Source of the DNA: Sarea resinae
Taxonomy: Eukaryota
Length of the DNA stretch: 64,000 nucleotides
Direction: 5' to 3'
NCBI GenBank assembly: GCA_026026165.1
Contig: JAPEUD010000030.1
Coordinates: 62,001 to 126,000, forward strand
Shown here: positions 22,733 to 35,305 of the stretch, piece after piece
Layout of the letters: each line of letters starts with the position of its first letter
Position numbering within the stretch: position 1 is the stretch's first letter
The notes under the pieces: model-generated
Told to the model about the DNA's origin: nothing
What the model saw: only the letters and a program-made list of their open reading frames with translations
Databases searched by the model: none
Program-made: the position numbers and the translations under genes

Positions 22733-25334
22733 TCAGCAAGCAGCCATCACAGCCTCAATCTCAAGGAGCCCCAGACTGACTCCAACGGCCTCGATCTCAG
22801 GGATCCCCAGACTGACATCATTAAGCAAGACGACCCTTAAATATTTACCAGGACGATACACCTCCTTGCTGCCCGCCTGTCGGGGTGATGATCTTTTCCT
22901 CTCGAAATGGACAACGTGCCGGAAATCGGAGACAGTCATGAGTCCATCCACCCCGATGAGATCGCGCCTGTGCACGATAAGCGCATCCATGTTGTCCGCA
23001 TTCTGCTTCCAGGCCTGAGATCGCCATCGATTTTCCTTAATCCGCCGAGGCGAGATCAGCTTCCCGCCGTCTGTTCTCAGCCACCCGTGCGTCTGGTGCT
23101 TGCCGGCCACTAAGTCGAAGATGTCCGCGGGAGCTAGTTTGCAGCTTGGCTGTGGTCGCACTACCTGTATGGAGCTGAGCGGTAGAACCAGATCCTTCAG
23201 TAGGCGCTGGCCGTATGACACCGTACCTGGCTGTATTGCTTCCGACCCTGGCGTTTCCCTTGGCGTTTCTGGTGGCGGCGTCATGAGCAGAGCCTCCCAC
23301 AATGCTGAGCTCTCCATTGACCCTTCTAACGAGGGTGTCCGCGTCAACGACGCTTGAGAGATTGCGGCTTCTGTTATCAGGCCTTCTTCACATGGCTGTT
23401 CTTTTGACCAGATATCTTTTAGTAGGACTTGGTCCGTTGGGGATTGCTCCTGGGGGGAACTCTGTGACAGGTCCTCCTCCAACGTGGCTTCTTCCAGACT
23501 GTCGAGTTCTAGGATGGGAGGGTTCAACGGAGTTTCTTTCGATAAGTCTTGTTCCAATGGAGTCTGTTCCAATGGGTTTTCTTCCAATGACGCCCGCCAT
23601 CTTGCAATTTCGTGCGATCGTACCAAGGCTTCTCTGAAAGGCATCCATATCGAACAGGCATCTGCGAGAATCGTGCGCATCACCTGCACTCGGTGCAATT
23701 GATCCTCTTCCAAAGCGGCTTGTTGGAACGGGGTCAACTCCAGTGGTATTTCTCCCAATGCGTTCGCTGTCACGGCGGTCGCTTTCACGGGTGTCCGTCT
23801 CGCTCCCCCTTCTCGAAATTGACCTTTCCCGGAGACATCTCCATTCAACGGTAACCAGTGCACTGGAGCTTCTTCCGATGACGGATCTCTCAACGCGACT
23901 TCTCCCAGCAAAGGATCCTCCACGTAGCTTCCGGCACTCGTGAGCATATTCATCGTCCGTTCCCCGAGTACGCCAGCGAGATAGAGGGCCGCCCCAAAGA
24001 TCGGGTCCGATTCGGCCGGGCGATGACGAGGCACCCACAGCCAGGGTCGGGGCAGAGGCAGAATGATCGTGTCTTTGTGGCAGCAAACGACGGGACAATC
24101 CTGGGGCGGCAGATGAAAGGTGAGTACGATCATGGGGAAACCGTGGAAAGCGACGATGGAGCCAAGTCGGTGCATCACATGCTCTTCTCCGGGATTGCTC
24201 AGAAGGATCGCAATGTCATTCTGTGCGTCGCAGCCATTAGTATCTCCTCCGTCCATACTCTTGGCTGGATTCATCAATCAAAAGCGGAAAGCTTACCGTT
24301 TGGAAGAATCTGGATGGCATCTTCGCTGCCCATAGAGCATTGACATATTGGCAACGGACGCCCCAATATGCCAGAATCTCGGCGAATCGCTCTCCGGTCC
24401 GCAGGTCTCTGTCGAAGCCGCTGACTACCACCTTTCCCCGAAGCATAATGCAACAGACAAGCAAAGCGATTGCATTATTCAACCCGTCCTGAGGAAGTCG
24501 GCAGTCGATGCTCGTTCCCTGCTGATACAGATAACGGACTGCTGCGATGTTCCTCTGATAGATCTGGGCGGCCGTTGGCTGGGGTCGCAGCAATGTGATC
24601 TGCCGATTCCCCCAGAGGTGCGAGTATCTGTTATTGAGTTGGCGAGCTGCTTGCTGGATTGCTTGCTGTGCTTGGCGTAGCTTATCGTACTGGACAAGCT
24701 GTTTATATCGCTGGCCGAGCGCTATACAATTTGCCTGGTCATCTGCTTCACGGTCCCTTTTCACGCCAGCCGTCGGATGATCATCCCGTTGCTCATCTTG
24801 CCGCAAGTATGTCGAAGACTCTTCATTGTCGTTGCTCTTGGGCGAACCAGAGCAATCGTGTGCCTGTCGGTGCTGCTGCTGCTGCTCGCCATTTTCATTT
24901 TCATCTTCCCTCTCGTCCATCATGTCATCATCCCCATCATAAGCCCATTCCCAATACCACGCTTGCGCATATCCTGCATCTGTTTCCCGGTGGTCCGGCT
25001 GGGCCTGAGTGTTATGCTTCTCTGCCTGTTTGTCTCTCCCGCATTTTCTCTCGTCATCCAACGAATCCAGCATTTTCTCGGAACGAAGCCGGTCCTCATG
25101 CCTGCCGTGGCCCTGCGTGTCGTGGTCCTGCGTGTCGTGGTCCTGCGTGTCGTGGTCCTGCTCGTCATCTTGCCGTCTCCCCGCCCGGGGAGCCCCAACT
25201 TCCTCCTGGTATATTTCCAAACACTCTGCTATCCCAGCGGGTGCCTTTGGAGGCGGTGTATCGTCTTGCGGGCGATTGTACTCGTTCTCGTCGGCAGGAA
25301 TTTTCCATCCGTGATCATCGCCGCCAAGATCCAT
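22733..25334 (-). CDS. Large hypothetical protein with central degenerate SIS (KpsF/GutQ-like) domain
   Basis: Two long ORFs joined in frame by intron 24296-24221 (GTAAGC...TACTAAT...CAG), giving FFQT|NDIAILLSNPGE. The motif order resembles the SIS fold. Confidence 0.7.
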
Positions 25335-26424
25335 TAGGTTCAGCCGGCCCTGGACCGCGTGCCCGTCGACTGCCGTCTGTTCTTCATGCTTTATTTTCTG
25401 CTCGTCTTTTATCTCGTCTGCTTTGCTCAGTGCCGTCCTGTTTCTGATCAGCCCTCCCCTCTCTCCCTTTTTCTATAAACGTACCTGCTCATTCCCCTAC
25501 CTTCTCTCATCCCCTTTTCTCTCCAACCACCACCACCTCCTCCTCCTCTCTCCCGCACCACCCTCACAACCCCCATCCTCCTTACCACTCTCCTCGTCCT
25601 CCCTATCCACCCACTCACCCCCGTTGCCAACCCCTCGCCAACCCCTCAGCGAACCCGACGGACGCGGCGCCCACTACTCCCGCTCCGAGCCTGTGTGCGC
25701 ACGACGGCGATAGTGAGTCCCCCGAGCACGATCGCGGCGATACTGCACGTGATGAAGACGATGAAGCCGCGCCGGGACATGGGCGGGAAAGGCATTGACT
25801 GTTTTGGGACGTGTGGGGGCGTGTTGTGGTGTGGTATTTGTGGTATCGGGAGCGGGGGATCAGATGGGATGGGATGAGATGAGTTGGGGTGGGATGGGAT
25901 CAGATGGGATGCGATAGAACATAACGTCAGACGCGTGTGTTTCTGTTATGCTTCTAGAGACCTGCCCTGGCTCCTTCCTACCTTACCTACCTACCTACCT
26001 ACCTACCTTGCCTATTCTAGGTATCATATCATATCGATCGCGTCAACAAGCTACCACAATCGTCCACTGTCCATTGTCCATCCTCCATCTGTCACCTCTC
26101 CATCGCGCCTGCTATCTTTCACCTCTCTATCATCCTCGGTCGTCCTCATCGTGGCTGTCGTCGTCGTCGTCGTTGTCGTCCCAGTATCGTAGGTGCCGTC
26201 GTGCTGCTACTTCTATTCACTGTTGTTTACTTTCGTACTATTCTCGTCACCATTCTCGTGGCCCGTGGCTCGTTTTTGTTTCCTCGGGTTGATATCGGGG
26301 TTGATATTGGGGTTATTGTATATCACTGTATAGAATGTATGAGTCAGTGGTGTTATCTCGTATCGTTTTATATATATCATCCGAGATCAACGCATATTGT
26401 CTTATATCGAATCATATCATCTTA

Positions 26425-26487
26425 AGAGCGAGAGCAAGAGCGAGAGCAAGAGCAAGAGCAAGAGCAAGAGCAAGAGCAAGAGCAAGA
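26425..26487. repeat. (GAGCAA)n hexanucleotide tandem repeat
   Basis: About 10 copies visible. Confidence 0.93.
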
Positions 26488-26651
26488 GTGACCTAGAGAA
26501 GATATCGTTCTCTGCTTTTAGAACTAAGTAAGGTAGCTACCTGATTAGCTGTTTTTATTATTTGTCGTTGTTTATTACCTTACTAATTGTTTACCTGTTA
26601 TTTACCTAATTACCTACCTAAACCTTATATACACCTAGAATATCTTTCTAG

Positions 26652-26654
<3 letters not shown>

Positions 26655-26695
<41 letters not shown>
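26655..26695. repeat. (TC)n microsatellite in an AT/TpA-rich island
   Basis: Directly visible. Confidence 0.95.
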
Positions 26696-26696
<1 letters not shown>

Positions 26697-27370
26697 GAAT
26701 CTTAAGGTTGCCTAGGTTAAATTCCTTCTTCTAGTAATCTCTAGCTATTGTGTTATACTAAATATAATAGGTGTCTATCTTAAGTAGATTAAACAGTGTA
26801 TATTAGACACTAGATTATATATAGAGCTACTACTATTATAATATAGAGAAAGATAGCTTTTTACTAGAAAAGTAGTAGAAGCCCTACTAAAGATAGATAG
26901 ATAACTCTCTATAAAAGTGCTTATTAGGATCAAGTGTTGTCTGAGTCTGTCTTTTCCTGTTTTTTTTCTGTTTCTTGTTATTTTTTCTTTCTAATCTTTA
27001 GATGTTGTTGTTGTTGTTGTTGTTGATCTTCTGTTTACAAACTTATAAGGGAAATAATAAATAAATCAGGAAAGTAAGGAAGACCGAAAAGAGGATAGTA
27101 GAGGGGAGAAACAGAAGACAGATAGAGACGATACTAAGAAGTCCATGAGAAGAAAGGCTCTGCGACATCACAGACGTTTACCCCTTTGCGTACCCCCCCC
27201 CCTTTCATTCACGCGCTCTTCTTGCCCTTCTCGTTCTTCTTGCACCCCCCGCCCTTCCCCTCGTTCCCGCCTTCTTCATACGTCTCACCCTTCTCATGCT
27301 TCTCATGCTTCTCATCCTTCTCATTCTTCTCATCATCATCACACGAGCCCCGCCGAGGATCCTTACTGAC

Positions 27371-28821
27371 CTACTCGTCCTCGTCGGAGTCAAAAGTCAT
27401 CAGATCAAACTCCTCCTCCAACATCCTCGCCTGTTCCTTTGCATCTGGATCTGCGCATATCTCCGACTTTGCCTCTGGCAGTAATTCGAATCCGGACTCA
27501 ACCGTAGAGAGATCCCGCGACGGCTCCCAAAGACCTTGCATCTTGTGTACCAGAAGCTCGGTGGTTGATAGATTTTCGGGTATCATCATGACTGGAGCCT
27601 TAGCTGGCGGTCCACTTCCACCGGAGGCGTTTGAGGAAGGGGGAGGCAAACGGACGACGATTTCAATATCAGAGACGGGATTCGGATTGATATTGTAAGT
27701 AGGGGCCACGGGGACAGGAATTGCATGGGTGGCAATAGGACCAGAGTCGAGACTGGACGTAGGCGGCAAGCAGACGCGGATCTCATGGGGTGTGCTGCTC
27801 GGATGCGGGAGTTCAGATCCGGGTTGCGGCGAGCCAGAGGCTTTGACGCTTTTCGAACGCGGTCTGCCTCGTGTCCGTTTTGATCTCATACTTGGCGAGG
27901 ATCTTCCAGAGGAACCGGCCGAAAGGCTTGTCTCAGAAGTGCTGGCTGAAACATCGAATGAGGATTGGCTAACGTGCTCTGTAGAATTAGGTTCAGAGGT
28001 CGGCAACCCGAACGTCGATGTACCAGGCTGGACTTGGACGATGGTGTCCGTGAATACACCCCAAGGAGTTCGGCCAGCCGCTTTTATCCATTTTGGGTCG
28101 AAAGGGTCGCACAGCTGATCCGGGACATTCACCTCACACAGGATAGAGACAATAGCCTTCATTAGGTCAAGAACATGTTCTCGCTTTTTGAAGAAAAAAG
28201 CTGAAGGTGTGTGCTGAAGGGAAGACCTAGATCGTGCCTGACGGTTTAGCGCTTTATTCCCCCGCGCCCGCGCTGTCTCATCCGTCAGATACTGGTACGC
28301 TGCGATGCGCGCCGCCAATGCCCGCAATGACCGCGCTGTGTGAGTTTCGTAGACCAGCGCTACCCATTCACAGGTAAAGCATTCTCGGTCCACTTTGAAA
28401 AGTCGCTGAATATTTCGCAGCGCCAAGCGCTGAAGTTCCGGCACCTGTAACTTTAGGCAAAGAAGATACAGGCGAAGGTAGAGCGAAGGAAGCTCTCGAG
28501 CAGGGCGTGAGCTGTCTTCAAAAGGCTTCTGAGAAAGCCAGCACACAAAGAGATCAAAGACTTCAGGGTCGATGCCGGCATTGTAGTATTCCTCATCTGA
28601 CGGGTCTGCTCGGAGCTTGTTAAGGAAGAAGAATGAGTGGTGGCGGAGAAGCTTCTTCTGTACACGATAATGCTTCTTGAATGGTCCAATGTACAACTTC
28701 ACAACGCTGCCGTCTTCGGGCGAACTGCTCAACTGATCTTAGAAAGGCTCGAGGAGAGGACGATACCGGATACGTACTTGAGGACCTTGAAGGAGTCCTT
28801 GCGGCTCTCTTGGGGTAGCAT
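27371..28821 (-). CDS. BTB/POZ-domain protein
   Basis: VVKLYIGPFKKHYRVQKKLLRHHSFFF...IDPEVFDLFVCWL...LYLRLYLLCLKLQVPELQRLAL matches the fungal BTB pattern. A short first exon from ATG 28821 is tentative. Confidence 0.78.
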
Positions 28822-29829
28822 GATGGTAGCCTCGGCTGGTAAATCGATCGAGAGTGCTGTTGCTTAGCTACTGCTGGCGAGTCCGTACTTAGGTTGCGTA
28901 TGAGGATTCAAGGAGAGTATTGAAGTCTTCTTGCTTCGCGGCTGATCCAGTCAGCGAAAGAGAGGAAAGGAGCTACCGTCTGTCAAAGCGGTGCCAGCAA
29001 AGTTGGAATCTCGAGTAGATAGAGAAAGGATTGTGATTTTGAAAGGACGATGGACCTTGGACGGTGAGGAAAGGTGTGAGGATCGAATTGCGAGCCTGCC
29101 AAGGTTGCGTCCTTCAACCGATTCACACGAAAGGAACAGCACGACAATACAGATGGAAAGGCACAATGGACCGCCATTGACAAATCAGCAGAGATGAATG
29201 TGCCCGGCTGGTGAATAGGTAGAGTGAAGCGCTGGCATCCGCGACGTTTGTATTACTACTTCTTAGTATAAATTCACCGTGCGCTTTGGCCGAACCATGG
29301 CAAAATCTCACGATGCCCAGACAATGACACGATCTATATGCTCCTTGCATTGGGTGGGCTGGAGAGGAAGGCTCATCAAATTCTGTGCCGGTACCAAATA
29401 TGGTTTTAAGGCGGAAAATCAAAAGAGGTCAAACATGGCTAGAACAGCTCGCTGATGGGTAAAGCTACCTGCTTGCTCGCACATCCCGCGCATATTTCGT
29501 CACGACCAGAACGGAAGGCATCAGCAGATATACATCTTTTAAGCATTCAAGCGGCCCATCGTTCAGAGCCACAGATATCTTGACCTATAAAGCACTACCT
29601 TAGCCCATCAATGATCTTCAAGAGATTTTGCGAAGACTCATGAAACTTCTCCCCAGAACACCCCTGGTAGAATCCCGACTGATTATAACCTCCTCAAGCA
29701 CCTCGTTGGAGACATCCTAGGCATCCCATAACGTTGGTCAGTATTCTTTCGGATGTAGAGGGAGCACTCCTTGAAGACGATAGAGCGGGGTAATGCAAAT
29801 GATGAGGCCTTTCCCACATCCCCACACAT

Positions 29830-30836
29830 TCAAAACCCTTCCTCTTCTCCGTTGTGCTGGTAGATATGCCGACTTCTGGTAGGATCTTTTCGCATAGCTT
29901 GACCCGAGCCGGTGAAACCAACTAATACATTTTAGTCATCCACAGCAAAACCCAAGAGCTGATGCGACTTACCTCGAGCATTGACACCCTCGGGAGTTCT
30001 GAACATGCTCTCCTTCCTCCCTGCTTTCCCTAGCTTCCCCTTTGCCGCAAAGTCTTGCCATTTGCTTTTGCCAGCTTCAAGCTCCTTGTTCGCCTTGACT
30101 TTTCGGGGGGCTTTTGCGAGGCGCGGAGGACCATCGCTTACTTTGCTAGGTTCCTTCTTCGCCTGGTTGGCTAATGCTGTGTTGATGTTCGCAGCCGCAG
30201 AGATGACGCTGGAGTTCGTGGGGATCGTGGGAGTAGTCGGAGTGGCTGGTGAGCCGTCAGCTTTGCGTTTTCTGGACTCGTTCGAGATTGGCCTGATGTC
30301 TTTTGCAGACAGTGTCTCTGTTGTCGCGTAAGACTTGAACGTGACAATATACACCGGAGAGGTGGATGATCCTGTGATGGATGTGATCCTTGCTGGGTAG
30401 AATGAATTATCTCCCGATACCCATTTCGCCAACACCGTGTCGTTTACCGAAAAGGGTTGAGGGGTGTGGGTGTCTTCGACTGGGCTTTGCGGGGCTGTTG
30501 GTTTACGATAGCCCGCTTGGAAAGCTGGATGGTTCTCTTTCGACCATTTTTCCTTGGTCGGCGGCGATGAACGTTTCTTCGGTGGCTCTGGGGCTGAAGC
30601 TGGCCTTAGTTCTGCGATCGCAGTTTCGGTGAGGGAGATGACTTCTTCAAGCTCTGCCTTGAGGTTCTGAAGCTCTGCATTCTCTGGATCGGCCTGCAGG
30701 CCAGTCTGCACCGTCTCCAGCTTCAGAGGAGATGCACGTTAGTGTCCGTCCACGTGAAATAGCAGAGTCATGCTGTACTGACCTGAAGCTTGTACTCCTT
30801 CACCTCAGCCTCCAAAGCTGCTACTTCGTTACTCAT
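29830..30836 (-). CDS. SPF30: Tudor-domain splicing factor Spf30 (SMNDC1)
   Basis: EYKLQ|LETVQTGLQADPEN; Tudor VLAKWVSGDNSFYPARITS; C-terminal KESMFRTPEGVNAR|VGFTGSGQAM. Two introns. Confidence 0.92.
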
Positions 30837-32989
30837 CTTCTGATCCCCACTTCACGAAGATTTGGGAGTCGGTGAAGAGGTAGCTCACGTCTTTTGGGAT
30901 GATGGTGGGGCGTGGATAATATGGAGGTTTACACTGTCACCGAGGTTCCATGATGGGGTGCTGTGATAAACTGCCGTCATATCAAGAGCACGGTAGTGGT
31001 CACGTGAGATATTATCTGAGCTTCGGCTAAAACATACGAGTACACCAAACGTAGTGGCATCCTGTAGTACCTTGACACGACTCATAGGTGTAAGGGACTG
31101 GAAGTCGACTCCAGGCAAAAAGTCCCGTATATAAATCTGCCGACTCTACTTCAGCACATGCATTCATTCGTAGAGTACAGGCTGGTCGAGCCGTCACAAT
31201 GGTTGCAAGGTTGGCAGCGGGATCGCAGTGTCAACATGACGTGCAACCACTATGTAGTATGTAGTATGTAGTAGGTAGACATTTCCAGGTTGAAGGCCGG
31301 CAGCGATAGCCCACAGACCACCTCCAGCTGCAGACCGCCTGCAGACCGCCCACTACGTACAGACAGCCAGACCGGGTGAAGGACCCTCGGGCCACGCCCT
31401 GCCGATCGTCGAGGCTTGAGATTTGTGGAGCATGCTGCTCTCCACCGAGGCCATTTCTTATCTGATGGTCGAGTCAAGTCTAGTGCGCGACCCAAACAGC
31501 ATAGCATGAAAGTGTAATATACCCGTTTTTCTCTCGAGGGACGAATGCGCAGTAGAGGGTTTCCGTTGCGCGGAGGTGGAGGTGGAGGGTGAGAGTGAGA
31601 GTCCAGACGGGCCGGAGCTCAATTGGCGAACTTCTAGGGCTTTCGAAAAAAAGTGAGCGAGCTACGGCGAGTAGCGGCAGGGGGAGTCGAAAGTAGACGA
31701 TGCGAAGTCTGGGCGGGGTGCAGAGGTGCGCAGCAGGCAAAGGGACTTCGTGGTGACCACGGCGGGACTTGTGCCCGTAGAGGCAGTTGCTCTACTTCAT
31801 AGAGTAAGCTCGATCGATCAGGCGAGAGATAGTGAGAGTGGAGAGTGGAAGGAAGGGCAGCGCGTGGAGGGGGCGAGGGGCCGGCGGGCTGAGAGAGGAA
31901 GTCCTGTCGTGCCGCTTTGACGTGGATTATAAATCCATCCCGATGGCGCTTTCCCCGATCGGTCTGGCGGCTTGGGGCTCCATCCCCAGTGGCCATTGCT
32001 CATTCCCACCTCTGTCTCTCCTCTCCCACGGCCGCTCTTCTCATGCCACGGGGTACTCGAGAGACCGACTCGACCTACTTCATGGTCTGCCTGCGCGCGA
32101 GAGAGGAGAAGAAGTCACTCTCGACTCCCTCCAAGGTCTTCCTCTTCTGTGACCAGTCCCGAGTCACCCCAGCTGTTGGCACGCCGCCCTGAGCGTCACC
32201 GTGCCCGGAGTACTTCAGTAAGCGCATCTCGTACCTTTGTCTAGACGGGCACGCTCTACCTTCCTGTACTCACCGCAGTACTCCGTACGGAAGAGTACGA
32301 AGACTCACGGCCATCTGCCTGCCCTCACTGACGCTTACTCTATCCACCCAGCCAAGTGACTCCGTGACGACCAACGGGCTGACTGGCTACCTGCCTCCGT
32401 CCCTCCTCCCTCCCTCTCTCTCGGTCGACTGTCGACTGGTGACTGGTGACTTCCATCTGCCTATCTTCTTCGGTCCTGCCGAAGTCATCACCTCCTCCAC
32501 CCCCCGGCACCCAACCTCCATTGCGTATTTGACTCTGTACATCATTTTCCACCACCATCGTCATCCTTCGATCCGACAACTGCACGACTCCATCCTCATC
32601 GATCATTGTGCCGGCTCTCGTCACTGTTCTGGATTGACGTTCGATGAACCCTCTTCTGTGCGGCAGAAGGCTCATCGAGTATCATCGCGCACCCTGACGG
32701 GTCACTCGATGCATTGAGGATCTCGCATATATCAGACTCGTGTCGACATCATCCTCCTTCGCGTCCGGACCAAGATCGTATCACCATCCTCCGGAGTAAT
32801 ACAGTATCACAGACATCGGACGACTTGGACCATCTATCGTCAAACTTCCTCGGTTCGCTTTTCATTGAGGAGGCGGCTCATATCCGCAGACGGCAAACAA
32901 CCATTATATATTAGAGGAAGCCTAAGACGACTTCAAATCAACATTATCACTACAATCTCTCTCCGTGAACGCCAACGATTTCCTTCTCA

Positions 32990-35305
32990 ATGGCGGCAGG
33001 CTCGCTCAACGAATCCCCCTTCAACCCCGAATTCTACCTCAACCCCGATCATTCCGACCTCCTTGCGGCTCTCTCGTCGGACAAGACTCCCGGCCAGGCC
33101 AACTCCGTATCTCCTATAGTGTCAGCAAAGCCGATGAACGGCCGCACTCGAAGTGACCCGCAGCACACGGCTCAAGGATTCGACTTCCAATCCGACAAGA
33201 TGAATAATCAAAACCAGTATCAGTCTCCCCATCACCAGACACCGAGCTCGAACGGAATGAGCGCAGGTAGTGTAGACGAGAGTCCTTTCATCGACTATGG
33301 GCTTGAATTGGATCTTGATGGAAATTTCGAATATGACGTCAACGGGGAGCAAATGATTGGAAGTTTGCCCGGTTCTCTTGCTGACGTGGACGGCGAGGGC
33401 GAGGGTCATGATAAGCGCAAGAGCCCAGAGGACGATGAGGACGAGGAAGACGGAGGTGGAAAGAGACGAGAACGTGACGACAGGTTGACCAAAAAGCCAG
33501 GACGTAAGCCCCTAACCTCGGAGCCAACCACTGTAAGTAATAGTCTCACGATTGGCGTGGACCCAGCTAATCTGTGGATAGAAACGAAAAGCGCAAAACC
33601 GTGCCGCCCAGAGGGCTTTCCGGGAGCGCAAGGAGAAGCATTTGAAAGATCTCGAGACTAAAGTGGACGATCTGGAGAAAGCTTCCGAATCAGCCAATCA
33701 CGAGAACGCTCTGCTGCGTGCGCAAGTCGATCGTCTCCAGACCGAGCTTCGAGAGTACAGGAAGAGATTGTCCATGAGCGGTAGTGCTCTGGGACGGCCC
33801 GCTTCGCTATCGGCCAGCATGCCCTTGTCTATGAGCCGGGCAGGTTACGGATTCAACAAGGATAACTTCCAATTCGACTTTCCGAAATTTGGGCATTTGC
33901 CCGGTTCTCACATGTTTGAGAATGGCAATTTTGGTACGGATGGCGGCGACAAACAGTCGCGCTCATCTTCTGCCAATACCGTGACCGCACAGAAGGTTCC
34001 TGGAGTCATTGATCGAAGTACCGCAAGGAGCATCAGTCCAAAGAACCAGGCTCCTCAGAACGGCGCTGTCAAGGCGAACCCGACCCAAAATGGCTCGGCA
34101 ACCACAGCACAGCAGCAATTCCGACCTTCATTAGGCGCGCTTCCTCAGAATGGCGCCAATGGACTAGCCGGTCTATTTAGTCCTTCCATCTTGCAGAGCG
34201 TCGACAATAACCGGAATATCGGTACCGCCAATCAAAAGGAAGGGCAGAGCAATAGCAGCACGGATAGTCAGGAACAGAAGAAGCAATCCAATGGCGGTGG
34301 TTCAAGCACATCAGTCTCGGCTTCGCCGTCTTCATCATCAATGTCACAGCGTGGTCCAGAATCGTCGTGTGGCACTTCTCCAGAGCCCAGCAATAATTCG
34401 CCTACGAGCACGAAGCCCAACGATAACCTCAATACCATTAGCGAGGAATCCGGATGCCATGGTAATGCAGACGAAGTTACATTCTGTCAGAAGCTGGGTA
34501 TGGCTTGCGGCAACCCCAACAATCCTGTTCCTCGAGCCATGTCACAGTCAGCACCCAGCATTCCAACTTTCCCTGCGACGACTCCTACTCCTGCAGCTAC
34601 AGCCGATGTGAACGGACTTGATTGGATGGTGCAGCAAAACGGCGGACAGTTTGATCCTGTGCTCTTCGGCGACTACCGAGAACCCCAAGATGCTATCAAC
34701 TCGAACGACTTTGGAGATTTCTTCAACGAGGCATTCCCGTTACCAAGCCTCGGGAGCCCACTCAACCCACATGATGGATTGGATCCGGTCGCTCATCATG
34801 AACCTCCTGCCGGTATTAATGAGGACGACGATGAAGAGGTGGTACCAGGCGAAGACCCATCACATATGCTGAGCTGTAATAAGATATGGTTCGTTTTCCC
34901 TTTTCTATTGTCATGCTTTCTTTTCCTTGTGTTGCGCAAGCTTTGTATATAGCTGTGCTGTGAGAGGGTCACTTTCGATTGATCTTGCTGCGCGAGCACA
35001 GGCATGGACAATCCCCCAGTCCTTCCCTGCGGCAACCGACCCTCGGCCTCGAGGAGGCTGCCAATGGCACCTGCACGACTGGCAACGACATTCTTGACGT
35101 GGGCTTGGGCTTGACTGAGACTAACTCTTCACCTCGCAGGGATCGTCTGCAAACGATGCCAAAGTTTCAGACCGGCGAGCTTGACGTGGACAATCTATGC
35201 ACAGAACTGCGGGCCAAGGCGAGATGTTCGGAGACTGGCGTTGTGGTGGATGAAAAGGATGTCGAGACTGTTTTGGGTCTGTCGGGTATGCCGCAGAGAA
35301 ATTAG
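32990..35305 (+). CDS. YAP1: AP-1-like redox-sensing bZIP transcription factor (Yap1/Pap1/NapA)
   Basis: KPGRKPLTSEPTT|KRKAQNRAAQRAFRERKE; n-CRD FCQKLGMACG; FDPVLFGDYRE; c-CRD CNKIW|DRL...DVDNLCTELRAKARCSE. Introns 33533-33581 and 34889-35139. Confidence 0.95.

Noticed and set aside
24237..24277. Programmed frameshift between two overlapping ORFs
   Set aside because: Fully explained by a canonical intron at 24296-24221.
26425..26487. CRISPR-like array
   Set aside because: Simple hexamer tandem repeat without spacers, in a eukaryotic genome.
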